NCBI GenBank assembly: GCA_963829505.1
Contig: CAWHIL010000003.1
Location: forward strand, 1,297,184 to 1,361,183
Direction of reading: 5' to 3'
Length of the DNA: 64,000 nucleotides
Source of the DNA: an uncultured Alphaproteobacteria bacterium
GTDB lineage: Bacteria; Pseudomonadota; Alphaproteobacteria; Rhizobiales; Beijerinckiaceae
A program made the translations under genes and the position numbers. Each line of letters begins with the position of its first letter. Positions within the stretch are counted from its first letter, which is position 1. The notes under the pieces were generated by a model, which was not told where the DNA came from, did not search any database, and worked only from the letters and a program-made list of their open reading frames with translations. Shown here in pieces: positions 55,106 to 64,000 of the stretch.

Positions 55106-56365
55106 TCAGCCCGCCCCCGCCCGCTCGGCCCGCTCCGCGTAGATGTAGAGAGGGCGAGCCTTGCCCTCGACCACCTCGGGCCCGATCACGACCTGCTCCA
55201 CTCCGTCGAGGCCGGGCAGATCGAACATCGTGTCGAGCAGAATGCCCTCCATGATCGAGCGGAGGCCGCGCGCGCCCGTCCGGCGCTCGATCGCCTTCTT
55301 GGCGACGACGTTCAAGGCCTCGTCCTGGAAGGTGAGGTCGGTGTTCTCCATCTCGAACAGCCGCTGGTACTGTTTGACGAGCGCGTTCTTCGGCTCGGTG
55401 AGGATCTTCTTCAGCGCGTCCTCGTCGAGATCCTCGAGGGTGGCGATGACCGGCAGGCGTCCGACGAACTCGGGGATGAGGCCGAACTTGAGAAGGTCCT
55501 CCGGCTCGACGTCGCGGAACACTTCGCCGGTGCGCCGGTCGTCGGGCGCCTGCACCTTCGCCGCAAAGCCGATCGAGGTGCCCTTGCCGCGCGCCGAGAT
55601 GATGCGTTCGAGGCCCGAGAAGGCGCCGCCGCAGACGAAGAGGATGTTGGTCGTGTCGACCTGCAGGAATTCCTGCTGCGGGTGCTTGCGGCCGCCCTGC
55701 GGCGGAACGCTGGCGATCGTGCCCTCCATGATCTTCAGGAGCGCCTGCTGGACGCCCTCTCCCGAGACGTCCCGGGTGATCGAGGGGTTGTCGGACTTGC
55801 GGCTGATCTTGTCGATTTCGTCGATGTAGACGATGCCGCGCTGGGCGCGCTCGACATTGTAGTCGGACGCCTGGAGGAGCTTGAGAATGATGTTCTCGAC
55901 ATCCTCGCCGACGTAGCCGGCTTCGGTCAGCGTCGTCGCGTCGGCCATGGTGAAGGGGACGTCGAGGATGCGGGCGAGGGTCTGGGCGAGCAGCGTCTTG
56001 CCCGACCCCGTCGGGCCGATGAGAAGAATGTTGGACTTTGCGAGTTCGACGTCGCCGTGCTTCGAGGCGTGATTCAGGCGCTTGTAGTGATTGTGCACCG
56101 CGACCGACAGGACGCGCTTGGCCGTCGACTGGCCGATCACGTAATCGTCGAGGACCTTGCAGATCTCGCGCGGCGTCGGGATGCCGTCCTTGCTCTTGAC
56201 CAGCGAGGTCTTGCTCTCCTCGCGGATGATGTCCATGCACAGTTCGACGCATTCATCGCAGATGAACACCGTCGGTCCGGCGATGAGCTTGCGCACTTCG
56301 TGCTGGCTCTTGCCGCAGAAGGAGCAATAGAGCGTGTTCTTGGCGTCGCCGTCGGCCTTGGCCAT
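55106..56365 (-). CDS. clpX: ATP-dependent Clp protease ATP-binding subunit ClpX
   Basis: CSFCGKSQ...CDEC zinc finger, [22 protein letters not shown]. Confidence 0.98.
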   Translation of the reverse strand: MAKADGDAKNTLYCSFCGKSQHEVRKLIAGPTVFICDECVELCMDIIREESKTSLVKSKDGIPTPREICKVLDDYVIGQSTAKRVLSVAVHNHYKRLNHASKHGDVELAKSNILLIGPTGSGKTLLAQTLARILDVPFTMADATTLTEAGYVGEDVENIILKLLQASDYNVERAQRGIVYIDEIDKISRKSDNPSITRDVSGEGVQQALLKIMEGTIASVPPQGGRKHPQQEFLQVDTTNILFVCGGAFSGLERIISARGKGTSIGFAAKVQAPDDRRTGEVFRDVEPEDLLKFGLIPEFVGRLPVIATLEDLDEDALKKILTEPKNALVKQYQRLFEMENTDLTFQDEALNVVAKKAIERRTGARGLRSIMEGILLDTMFDLPGLDGVEQVVIGPEVVEGKARPLYIYAERAERAGAG

Positions 56366-56529
56366 CGTTCTCTCCAACCCGGCCAGGACGCCGCGATTTC
56401 GAATCGCGGTCCAGCCTAAGCTTGCTCACCTAACGAAACGTAGCCTTCGACCCTCCCCGTCGTCCGCCCGTCCCAACCACCCTAGCGTCGGATCGCTCCG
56501 GGCTAAAGCCGAAAAACCCGCCGTACCCC

Positions 56530-56549
56530 GAACGGACTTAAGTCCGTTC
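56530..56549. other. Perfect 20-bp palindrome in the clpP-clpX spacer
   Basis: GAACGGACTTAAGTCCGTTC. Confidence 0.8.
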
Positions 56550-56607
56550 TCGGGAACATGGCGCCAAGATGACGCAGCAAGAAACAAGCCAGCCGAAGGC
56601 CGGCGCG

Positions 56608-57252
56608 TCAAGTCCGCGCCTTTACCTCTTCAGGCTCGACGGGCGCGCGCTTGGTCGTCACCTCGTCGATGATGCCGAAGGCCTTGGCTTCCTCGGCAGA
56701 CATGAAGTGGTCGCGGTCGAGCGTCCGGTCGATCGCCTCGTAGCTCTGGCCGGTATGCTGCACGTAGATTTCGTTCAGCCTTCGCTTGACCTTGAGAATG
56801 TCCTCGGCGTGCCGCTGAATATCGGACGCCTGGCCCTGGAAACCGCCGGAGGGCTGGTGAACCATGATTCGCGAATTCGGCAGGGCGAAGCGCGAGCCCT
56901 TCTCGCCAGCCGCCAGCAGGAGCGACCCCATCGAGGCCGCCTGGCCGATGCAAAGGGTCGTGACCTTCGGCCGAATAAACTGCATCGTGTCGTAGATCGA
57001 CAGGCCCGCCGTCACCACACCGCCAGGCGAATTGATGTAAAGAGCAATATCCTTCTTCGGGTTTTCCGCCTCCAGAAACAGGAGCTGGGCGACCACCAGC
57101 GACGCCGACACGTCCTCGACCGGCCCGACCATGAAGACGATGCGCTCCCGGAGGAGGCGGGAGAAAATATCGAACGACCGCTCGCCGCGCGCCGACTGCT
57201 CGATCACGATCGGCACGAGATTGTTGGTGTAATAATCGACGGGATCGCGCAT
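56608..57252 (-). CDS. clpP: ATP-dependent Clp protease proteolytic subunit
   Basis: [32 protein letters not shown]. Confidence 0.98.
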   Translation of the reverse strand: MRDPVDYYTNNLVPIVIEQSARGERSFDIFSRLLRERIVFMVGPVEDVSASLVVAQLLFLEAENPKKDIALYINSPGGVVTAGLSIYDTMQFIRPKVTTLCIGQAASMGSLLLAAGEKGSRFALPNSRIMVHQPSGGFQGQASDIQRHAEDILKVKRRLNEIYVQHTGQSYEAIDRTLDRDHFMSAEEAKAFGIIDEVTTKRAPVEPEEVKART

Positions 57253-57297
57253 TGGCTAAAGGTCCCCCAGGAGAAGCCGGCCCGGCTCGTCTCGACT

Positions 57298-57326
57298 AGA
57301 TAGGCGCCCGGCGGCGCTCCGAAAAG
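57298..57326 (-). promoter_or_regulatory. Possible RpoH promoter of clpP
   Basis: CTTTTC-N16-CCTATCT on the minus strand; good -10, weak -35. Confidence 0.4.
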
Positions 57327-57387
57327 GGGCGCCGAAAGGGCCGTCGCGGGCCGCCGGGCCTCGAACGGGCCCGCCCGCGGCTTCGCC

Positions 57388-58800
57388 TCACTCGGGCGCT
57401 GCTTCCGCCTCGGCCCCGCTAAGATCGGGCGGCGCCGCCGGCGCGGAGGGCGCCTCGTCCTCGAGCGGCGCCAGAAGCTCCTCCTTCGACACCTTGCGCT
57501 CGGCGATCCTGGCGACGCCGAGGATATGGTCGACCACCTTCTCCTCGTAGATGGGAGCGCGCAGTTCGGCGAGCGCCTGCTGGTTGTTGCGATAGAAGTC
57601 CCAGACCTGCTTTTCCTGACCCGGGAACTGCCTCGCCCGAGCGATCAGCGCCTGCGTCATCTCTTCGTCGCCGACCTTCACTTCGGCCCTCGTCCCGACT
57701 TCGGCCAGCAGCAGGCCAAGGCGCACCCGACGTTCGGCGATCTTGCGATAATCGGCGCGCGCCGCCTCTTCGGTGGTGTTCTCGTCGGCGAAGCTGCGGC
57801 CGGCGGCGGTCTGCTCCTGCATGACCTGGGCCCAGATGCCCTCGAACTCCTGGTTGACCAGGCCCTCGGGCAATTCGAACGTGTAGAGCTCGTCGAGCCT
57901 GTCGAGCAGGTGACGCTTGAGCCTGTCGCGCGAGGCGCGGGCGTGCTCGCCGGCGATCTGGTCCTTGAGCTTCTGCTTGAGGTCGTCGACGCTGTCGAAC
58001 GCCAGGCCCTTGGCGAATTCGTCGTCGAGCGCGAAAGGCTCGGGCGCCGCAACCGCCTTGACGGTCACGTCGAACTCGCCGGTCTTTCCCGCGAGCTTGC
58101 GCACCGCGTAGCTCTCGGGAAACGTCGCGTGAATGACGCGCCGGTCGCCGGCGGCGACACCCAGAAGCTCCGTCTCGAAGCCGGGGATGAACGTGTTCGA
58201 GCCGATGAGGACCTCGATGTCGCGGCCCTCGCCGCCTTCGAACGGCACGCCGTCGATCTTGCCGTCGAAATCGACCGTCACGCGGTCGTTCGTCTCGGCC
58301 TTCGCGCCCTCGGGCCTGGCGGCGAAGGTGCGCCGGCTGTCGGCGATCCGCTCGAGCGAATTGGCGACGTCCGCGTCGTCGACGTCGGCGGTCAGCCGTT
58401 CGAGCTCGATCTGCGAGAAATCGCCGATTTCGAACGTCGGCAGCACTTCGAGCGCGACCTTGAACGTGAGATCGCCGCGCGCCTCGAGCGCGGCGTCGAT
58501 CGAGGCCTGGTCGGTCGGCAATTCGACCTTCGGCTCGCGGGCGAGGCGCAGGCCGTTGTCGTCGACGATCTTCTTGTTGGCGTTGTTGATCGCCTCCTGG
58601 ACGACGTCGGCCATCATCGACTTGCCGTAGATCCGGCGCAGGTGCTCGACCGGCACCTTGCCGGGGCGGAAGCCCTTGATCTGCGCCTTCGACTTGAGTT
58701 CGGCGAGTTGGCCGTTCAGCTTTTCGGCGAGATCGCTCGCGGGCAGGAAAATGTCATATTCGCGCTTCAGCCCCTGGCTTAGCGTCTCCGTCACCTGCAT
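57388..58800 (-). CDS. tig: Trigger factor
   Basis: GFRPGKVP signature, FKBP domain with FIPGFE. Confidence 0.97.
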   Translation of the reverse strand: MQVTETLSQGLKREYDIFLPASDLAEKLNGQLAELKSKAQIKGFRPGKVPVEHLRRIYGKSMMADVVQEAINNANKKIVDDNGLRLAREPKVELPTDQASIDAALEARGDLTFKVALEVLPTFEIGDFSQIELERLTADVDDADVANSLERIADSRRTFAARPEGAKAETNDRVTVDFDGKIDGVPFEGGEGRDIEVLIGSNTFIPGFETELLGVAAGDRRVIHATFPESYAVRKLAGKTGEFDVTVKAVAAPEPFALDDEFAKGLAFDSVDDLKQKLKDQIAGEHARASRDRLKRHLLDRLDELYTFELPEGLVNQEFEGIWAQVMQEQTAAGRSFADENTTEEAARADYRKIAERRVRLGLLLAEVGTRAEVKVGDEEMTQALIARARQFPGQEKQVWDFYRNNQQALAELRAPIYEEKVVDHILGVARIAERKVSKEELLAPLEDEAPSAPAAPPDLSGAEAEAAPE

Positions 58801-58945
58801 CGTCCCATCCGCCTTGTCATTTTAGCGCCAAGGTTTCCCTTAGCCGATTTCCGACTGTCGCCAAAGGTTCAAAAGTCCGCCGCCCGCGAGGCGCCGCCCC
58901 GAAAGCGCCCTTCAAGGATCGACCTTTGAAGGACGGACGGGCGGT

Positions 58946-59030
58946 TGGTGCGGGCGGAGGGACTCGAACCCCCACAACTTTCGTCACCGGAACCTAAATC
59001 CGGCGCGTCTACCAATTCCGCCACGCCCGC
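58946..59030 (-). tRNA. tRNA-Leu(TAG)
   Basis: GCGGGCGTGGCGGAATTGGTAGACGCGCCGGATTTAGGTTCCGG...GGTTCGAGTCCCTCCGCCCGCACCA, long variable arm; upstream of tig as is common. Confidence 0.97.
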
Positions 59031-59274
59031 GGCCGGCGCCGGCCGCGTGAGCTTCGCGGGCGGGGCCTTGAGCTTCGGGCGGGCTCTATATCAGCTTGCC
59101 CGGCGAGCGCCAGAGGAAAAAGGACCGGAGGCAGATGTGCGCCGCCCTCGGCGCCGTCGCGGCAAAGGTTGCCTCACCCGGCCGCTCCGCTAAGAAGAGC
59201 GCCGGGCGAAGCGGAGGGGCGCGCCTCGGCGTCCCGGTTTTTAACGGCCTGTCCCGACTTTTCTCTCGTGGTCC

Positions 59275-60693
59275 TTGCGAAAGAGTCCCGGTTTGAACCT
59301 CCCGCCGCATCGACGACGACCCCCGCCGCTCCCGGCGCCGAGCAGGCGGGCCTTTCTCGCCGGCGGCCTCGCGGCGACCGCGTGGGGCCTCGTCCCGGCA
59401 GACGCCGGGTCCGCGGACCCGGGCCCCCAGGGCGTGACGCTGATCGAGGCGGCGCCGTCGCCCCTCCAGCTTCTGCCCCCGCCCGCCAAAGCGGCGGCGG
59501 GCCTCGCCTATTCGGGCGCGATCCCGGGGCCGCTCCTGCGGCTGAAGAAGGGCGAGGAACTGAGGCTGAAAGCGTCGAACAGGCTCGCGGAGCCGACGAG
59601 TCTGTGCTTTGCGGGCCTGCGCTCGGCAAACGCCGTCGCCGGCTACGGCGGCCTCACCGGACCGCGCCTCGCCCCCGGGACGAGCGCCGACCTCCGCTTT
59701 ACGCCTCCCGACGCGGGCTTCAATCTCTACCTGCCGCATGCGGGGGCGACCGACGCCGGCCAGCAGGGCCGCGGGCTTTTTGGACCGATCGTCGTGGACG
59801 AGGCGGAGAAAGTCGATGTCGACCAGGATTTCGTCGTCGTGCTGTCGGACTTCAACGCCGACGACAAGGGTCAGATCCCCGACGATTTTTCCGATCCCGG
59901 CGTTGCGCGGGGCGCCGGGCGCAAGGCAGGCCTGATCTTCGCCAACGGCGCGGCGGCCCCCTTGAGCCTCGCGGCGCGCCCGGGCGCGCGCGTCCGCCTG
60001 CGCCTCGGCAACGCCGCCACCGCACGCCTGACCAATGTCGCGATCGACGGGGCGAAGGCGGTCATCGTCGCCGTCGACGGCCAGCCGAGCGAACCCTTCG
60101 AACCCCTCCACAACCAGTTCCCGATGGGCCCCGGCGCACGCTTCGAGCTTATCTTCGACATGCCGGCGCAGGCGGGCGCGGAGGTGAAATTCGCCCTGCG
60201 CTCGGACCCGGGCGCGCCCGACCTGCCCTTCGTCGCCATCGCCGCCTCGGGCAATTCGGTCGCGCCGCGGGGAAGCCCGCCGCGCCTCCCCGCCAATCCG
60301 GCGTTGCCGGCGGAAATCGCGCTCGAGGCGGCCCGGACCTTCGAGATCGCCGTCACCGGCGGCGGCGCGGCCCCTTTCGCGGTCAACGGCGCGACCTTCA
60401 CGGACTGGGGGCCGAAGCCGCTGGCCAGCGTTGCCCGCGGCGCCCCGACCGTCTTCGCCTTCGCCAACAGGACGGCGGTCGTTCAGGCGATGCGGCTCGG
60501 CGGTCACGTCGCCCGCCTCCTTCATTCGATGGACGACGGCTGGGAGCCCTATTGGCGCGACACCATCCTGATCCAGCCCGGCCGCACGCTGCATGTCGCC
60601 TTCGTCGCCAGCAGTCCCGGCAAGTGGCCGGTCGAATCGGCGATCCCCGAGCACCGCGCGGCGGGCGTCGGGGCCTGGTTTCAGGTGGGGTGA
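59275..60693 (+). CDS. Tat-exported multicopper-oxidase-fold protein lacking copper ligands
   Basis: SRRAFL twin-arginine motif; PGPLLRLKKGE, RGLFGPIVVDE, RVRLRLGNA, WRDTILIQPG cupredoxin landmarks. Confidence 0.88.
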   Translation: MRKSPGLNLPPHRRRPPPLPAPSRRAFLAGGLAATAWGLVPADAGSADPGPQGVTLIEAAPSPLQLLPPPAKAAAGLAYSGAIPGPLLRLKKGEELRLKASNRLAEPTSLCFAGLRSANAVAGYGGLTGPRLAPGTSADLRFTPPDAGFNLYLPHAGATDAGQQGRGLFGPIVVDEAEKVDVDQDFVVVLSDFNADDKGQIPDDFSDPGVARGAGRKAGLIFANGAAAPLSLAARPGARVRLRLGNAATARLTNVAIDGAKAVIVAVDGQPSEPFEPLHNQFPMGPGARFELIFDMPAQAGAEVKFALRSDPGAPDLPFVAIAASGNSVAPRGSPPRLPANPALPAEIALEAARTFEIAVTGGGAAPFAVNGATFTDWGPKPLASVARGAPTVFAFANRTAVVQAMRLGGHVARLLHSMDDGWEPYWRDTILIQPGRTLHVAFVASSPGKWPVESAIPEHRAAGVGAWFQVG

Positions 60694-60783
60694 GAAAAGC
60701 CGAACGCTCCCGCCGGGGCGGAACGCGAGCGTACGCGAGCCCCGGGCCGGTTTCTCGTCATTGGGGGATGGTCGGAGCCGTCC

Positions 60784-61125
60784 TCAGGCTGGCCGCTTCG
60801 CCGCACGGGCCATCGTCGGCCGACTACGAACCACGCCATTGGCGTCGTGACGCACGTCGATATTCCCGACGTTCGGCTTGTAAGTCACGATCACCCTCTT
60901 TCCGCCGGTCGGCCTGTCCTGCTCCACCATTGCCCGCTTCGCGACGCGCAAGCGCGCGCCGATTGGGGGCTTCGTCGTGCTGAGGCCCAGCTTGAGGCGC
61001 AGATTCTCAACCGCCTCCAGCATCCCAGGGTCGACCTCGGCAATGGGGCGCAACTGTTTCGCCTCGGCCCTCGTCAGCGGCCGGATAACCTCGCCGTCCT
61101 TATTCGTGAGAGGCTTCTTCGACAT
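60784..61125 (-). CDS. Putative antitoxin, BrnA-like N-terminus with atypical C-terminus
   Basis: MSKKPLTNKDGEVIRPLT...RPIAEVDPGMLEAV; ATG overlaps the brnT 3' end. Confidence 0.6.
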   Translation of the reverse strand: MSKKPLTNKDGEVIRPLTRAEAKQLRPIAEVDPGMLEAVENLRLKLGLSTTKPPIGARLRVAKRAMVEQDRPTGGKRVIVTYKPNVGNIDVRHDANGVVRSRPTMARAAKRPA

Positions 61126-61377
61126 ACCGATTGGTCTCGCGTTGATTGGCCTTGCGAAAGCTGATGACGCGGCGGGAAGAGCCCCGGATCGTGAAGCTAC
61201 CACGTGAACCCTGCCCTCCAAAGGGACGTAGGCGACGAACCGTTCCTCGCCGTACGCCCGGCGGGCATCAGGGCGAACGACCGCCTTCGACCAATCGCAA
61301 AGCACGACCATCTCGAACGAAAGCCCACGGCTCAAGAGGTTTTTGAAACTCTTGGCGGGGTCAAACTCGATTTCCAA
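61100..61377 (-). CDS. brnT: BrnT-family toxin (1-bp deletion at ~61197)
   Basis: MEIEFDPAKS..N...RGLSF...D.RRAYGEERF...RVHVV, continuing in the other frame as FTIRGSSRRVISFRKANQRE. Confidence 0.8.
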
Positions 61378-61523
61378 CCGTCAGCCCCCCGGCGAATTGT
61401 CCGGCAGACGGCCTTCATGCGCAAGCCGCCGTCCCAGCGCCGCCAGCGCCTTCAATCGCCGCGCTGACGCCAGCGCATCGCCCGGATTCGGGGGCGTCCG
61501 CGTGGCCGGAGCCGGACGGGCGG

Positions 61524-61538
61524 TTAACTCCGAAATAA
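61524..61538 (+). promoter_or_regulatory. CtrA-box-like site upstream of the MCP
   Basis: TTAA-CTCCGAA-ATAA, one mismatch to TTAA-N7-TTAA. Confidence 0.45.
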
Positions 61539-61595
61539 GCCCCGTCGTCTACCTAAGGTTGTACGCAGTGCAACCTGACTGGCCGGCTTTTTGTC

Positions 61596-63449
61596 ATGCT
61601 CGGGGCTCCGAAATCGTTAACCGTCCAGACCCGCTTCATGGCGTTCGCCGCGATCGGGGTGCTTGCGGTCGTCGCCGCCGCGGTTGCGCTGGTCGGCTGG
61701 GCGGAACGCCAGTCGCTCGAAGCCCGCGTCCACGCGCTCTCGGAGAACGAGCTGCAATCCTTGAACGCGCTCGTCGAAACCGCCATGCGACAGCGTCTCG
61801 ATGACAGCCAGGACGTGGCGATCAAGGTGTTCAACGGCTGGTTCGAGAGCCGCAACAAGAACTATCCAGGCGAACTCTGGAGCGTCTGGAGCCCCAAGGT
61901 CACCGCTTTCGTCGCCGAGGCGTCGCCCGGACGCCCGCCCAAGGCCGCGCGCGACGCGATCGACGCCGAGGCGATGGCGACCGGGCGCCCTGCCGCGGGC
62001 TTCGTCGGCTCCTCCTACCGCTACAGCGTGCCGATCGTGCTCGGCCAGACGCTCGCCGAGCCGAAAGAGACCTGCATGATCTGTCACGGGCAGGCGATGG
62101 GGCTGAAGGAAGGCGAGACGATCGCCGTCTTTTCCTCGAGTCTGTCCGCCGCGAAGGATTATTCGGCGCTGAACGCCCTTCTGTGGCGCATCGCGGGCGC
62201 GGGGCTCGTCGTCAGTCTCCTCGTGATCGCGGTCATCTGGAGCCTGCTCGGCCGGGTCGTGACGCGGCCGCTCGCCCGGATGACGGAGATCATGGGCCGG
62301 CTTGCCGAAGGCGACACGAAAGTCGTCGTGCCGGCCGAGGACCGGGGCGACGAGATCGGCGCCATGGCCAAGGCGATCCTCGTCTTCCGCGACGCCGCAA
62401 TCGACAAGGCGCGCCTCGAGAGCGAGGCCGAAGAGCAGCGCCACGCGGCCGAACGCGCCCGCGCCGCAGCGGAAGAGGCGCAGACGAAGGCGATCGCGGA
62501 CGAGCGCAAGCTCGTCAACGATTCGATCGGCGTCGCGCTCGCGAGACTGGCGCAAAAGGACCTCTCGTGGCGGATGACGAGCGACATCCCCGCGTCTTAT
62601 CGAAAGCTTCAGTCGAATTTCAACGATGCGATCGGCGAGCTCGAGGGCGCCATGCAGGACGTCCGGTCCGCGGCCCAGACGATCGATGCGGGCGTCGACA
62701 GAATAACCTCCGGCGCCGACCGCCTCGCCGCGCGCGCCGAGCAGCAGGCGGCGAACCTCGAGGAAACCAACGCCGCGCTCGGCGAAATCACCCATGCGAC
62801 CGAGCTTTCCGCCGGGAACGCGGCCGCGGCGCGCAAGGTGGCCGCGATCGCCGACAAGGACTCGCAGAAAAGCCTGTCGGTGGTGCGCGAGGCGGTCGGC
62901 GCGATCGATTCGATCTCGCGAACCTCGGCCGAGGTCGGCCAGGTGATCGGCGTCATCCAGGAGATCGCCTTCCAGACGAACCTCTTGGCGCTGAACGCGA
63001 GCGTCGAGGCGGCGCGTGCGGGCGATGCGGGCAGAGGCTTCGCCGTGGTCGCAACGGAGGTCAGGACGCTTGCGCAACGCGCTTCCGACGCGGTGAGGGA
63101 GATCAAGACCCTGATCTCCGCCTCCGCAGCCGAGGTCGGGCGCGGCGTGGGTCTCGTGCACGACACCGGCTCGGCGCTCGAGCGCTCGATCGCCAAGGTC
63201 GAGGACATCAGCCGCATCGTCAACGACATCGCCGACAGCGCGAAACGCCAGGCCTCGGGCGTGGCCGAAATCAGCGCGACGATCGACGCGATGGACAAGA
63301 CGACGCAGGAGAACGCCGCGATGGCCGACCAGTCGACCGCCGCGGCTCATTCGCTTTCGGACGAATGCCGCAAGCTCAGAGACCTCGTCGCCCTCTTCCG
63401 GCTCGGCCCCGCGACGCATGCGGCGGACACGCGATCGCGCGCGGCGTGA
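61596..63449 (+). CDS. Methyl-accepting chemotaxis protein with periplasmic CxxCH
   Basis: Two TMs, CMICH at 62073-62087, HAMP (RGDEIGAMA), signalling hairpin [39 protein letters not shown]. Confidence 0.93.
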   Translation: MLGAPKSLTVQTRFMAFAAIGVLAVVAAAVALVGWAERQSLEARVHALSENELQSLNALVETAMRQRLDDSQDVAIKVFNGWFESRNKNYPGELWSVWSPKVTAFVAEASPGRPPKAARDAIDAEAMATGRPAAGFVGSSYRYSVPIVLGQTLAEPKETCMICHGQAMGLKEGETIAVFSSSLSAAKDYSALNALLWRIAGAGLVVSLLVIAVIWSLLGRVVTRPLARMTEIMGRLAEGDTKVVVPAEDRGDEIGAMAKAILVFRDAAIDKARLESEAEEQRHAAERARAAAEEAQTKAIADERKLVNDSIGVALARLAQKDLSWRMTSDIPASYRKLQSNFNDAIGELEGAMQDVRSAAQTIDAGVDRITSGADRLAARAEQQAANLEETNAALGEITHATELSAGNAAAARKVAAIADKDSQKSLSVVREAVGAIDSISRTSAEVGQVIGVIQEIAFQTNLLALNASVEAARAGDAGRGFAVVATEVRTLAQRASDAVREIKTLISASAAEVGRGVGLVHDTGSALERSIAKVEDISRIVNDIADSAKRQASGVAEISATIDAMDKTTQENAAMADQSTAAAHSLSDECRKLRDLVALFRLGPATHAADTRSRAA

Positions 63450-63486
63450 GACGCCGAGCGAAACGGGAGATGGCGGACATGAACGT

Positions 63487-63632
63487 CCCTTCCCCCCTTG
63501 TGGGGGAAGGACAGGAAGGGGGGTCTCTCCGACCGTCGAGATGAGGACGACTACTAGTCCAAATGTCGACGCCCCTTCGCCTCAACGCGAAACGTACGGC
63601 GCGACCCCCCGCCCTGCCCTGGTGGGGGAGGG
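63487..63632. repeat. Intergenic palindromic repeat (family B)
   Basis: CCCTTCCCCCCTTGTGGGGGAAGG...CCCCCCGCCCTGCCCTGGTGGGGGAGGG. Confidence 0.7.
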
Positions 63633-63668
63633 TACGCACACAACGCGCGTCGTCTCTCGTGTCGCCCC

Positions 63669-64000
63669 TCAGACAGCCGCCGCGTCGATCGCGGCGAGCC
63701 ATTTCCACGCGAGAAGCTGAAAGCCCGCCGGATAGGGATGCAGTTCGTTCGCCCAGCCGTTCTGCACGCCGGTCTGGCGGACAAGCGTATTGCGCGTGTC
63801 GATGAGGACGAAGCGGTTCGTGGCGTCGGCCGCGAGGCCGGTCAGCATCGTGGCGAACATGTCGATCATGGTCGAGACGATGGTCAGAACTCTCGCTGAG
63901 ATCATAGCCGCTGAATTCGAGCGAGGGTTGCAGCCACGGACCGGCGCAGACCGGCGCGACGCCGTTCGGCACGGCGTAGTCGTAGCAATGGCCGAAGACG
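63669..64000 (-). CDS. C-terminus of a probable SGNH/GDSL hydrolase (5' end outside window; 1-bp insertion at ~63888)
   Basis: HCYDYAVP...GPWLQP then WANELHPYPAGF (DxxH-like block V) in the next frame. Confidence 0.6.
   Translation of the reverse strand, partial: SSAIATTTPCRTASRRSAPVRGCNPRSNSAAMISARVLTIVSTMIDMFATMLTGLAADATNRFVLIDTRNTLVRQTGVQNGWANELHPYPAGFQLLAWKWLAAIDAAAV

Noticed and set aside
60784-61377. 197-aa BrnT-antitoxin fusion protein in the ORF track
   Set aside because: The true BrnT C-terminus (FTIRGSSRRVISFRKAN) with its own stop is in the adjacent frame; the fusion arises from one missing base.

Overview
GC-rich chromosomal window from a Hyphomicrobiales (Rhizobiales) alphaproteobacterium; taxonomy is inferred from gene content and repeat types. 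The backbone is housekeeping: NRAMP-family transporter/mntR, rpmI-rplT-pheS-pheT, mfd, sdhE, a complete nuoA-N operon continuing into birA-rnj-mce, tRNA-Asp/Val/Leu, hup, and tig-clpP-clpX-lon. Signalling genes (Crp/Fnr, PAS-HWE kinase, hybrid kinase, MCP), transporters and small accessory genes are interspersed. About ten genes carry single-base frameshifts, mostly in homopolymers and including nuoG, nuoN, birA and mfd; these look like long-read assembly errors rather than biology. The most striking observations are: (1) a four-helix-bundle gene between nuoC and nuoD bracketed by inverted arrays of a GCGAATG-type heptamer, with a gene-less copy of the same inverted arrays between rnj and mce; (2) a hybrid kinase whose sensor keeps all the canonical ETR1 ethylene-binding residues; (3) a HEPN-like gene plus a small partner wedged between pheS and pheT; (4) a Tat-exported multicopper-oxidase homologue that has lost nearly all copper ligands; (5) a CxxCH heme-c chemoreceptor; (6) an unannotatable secreted-protein/glycine-zipper cluster; (7) translationally coupled passenger genes inside nuo. 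No CRISPR, integrase or transposase was seen.
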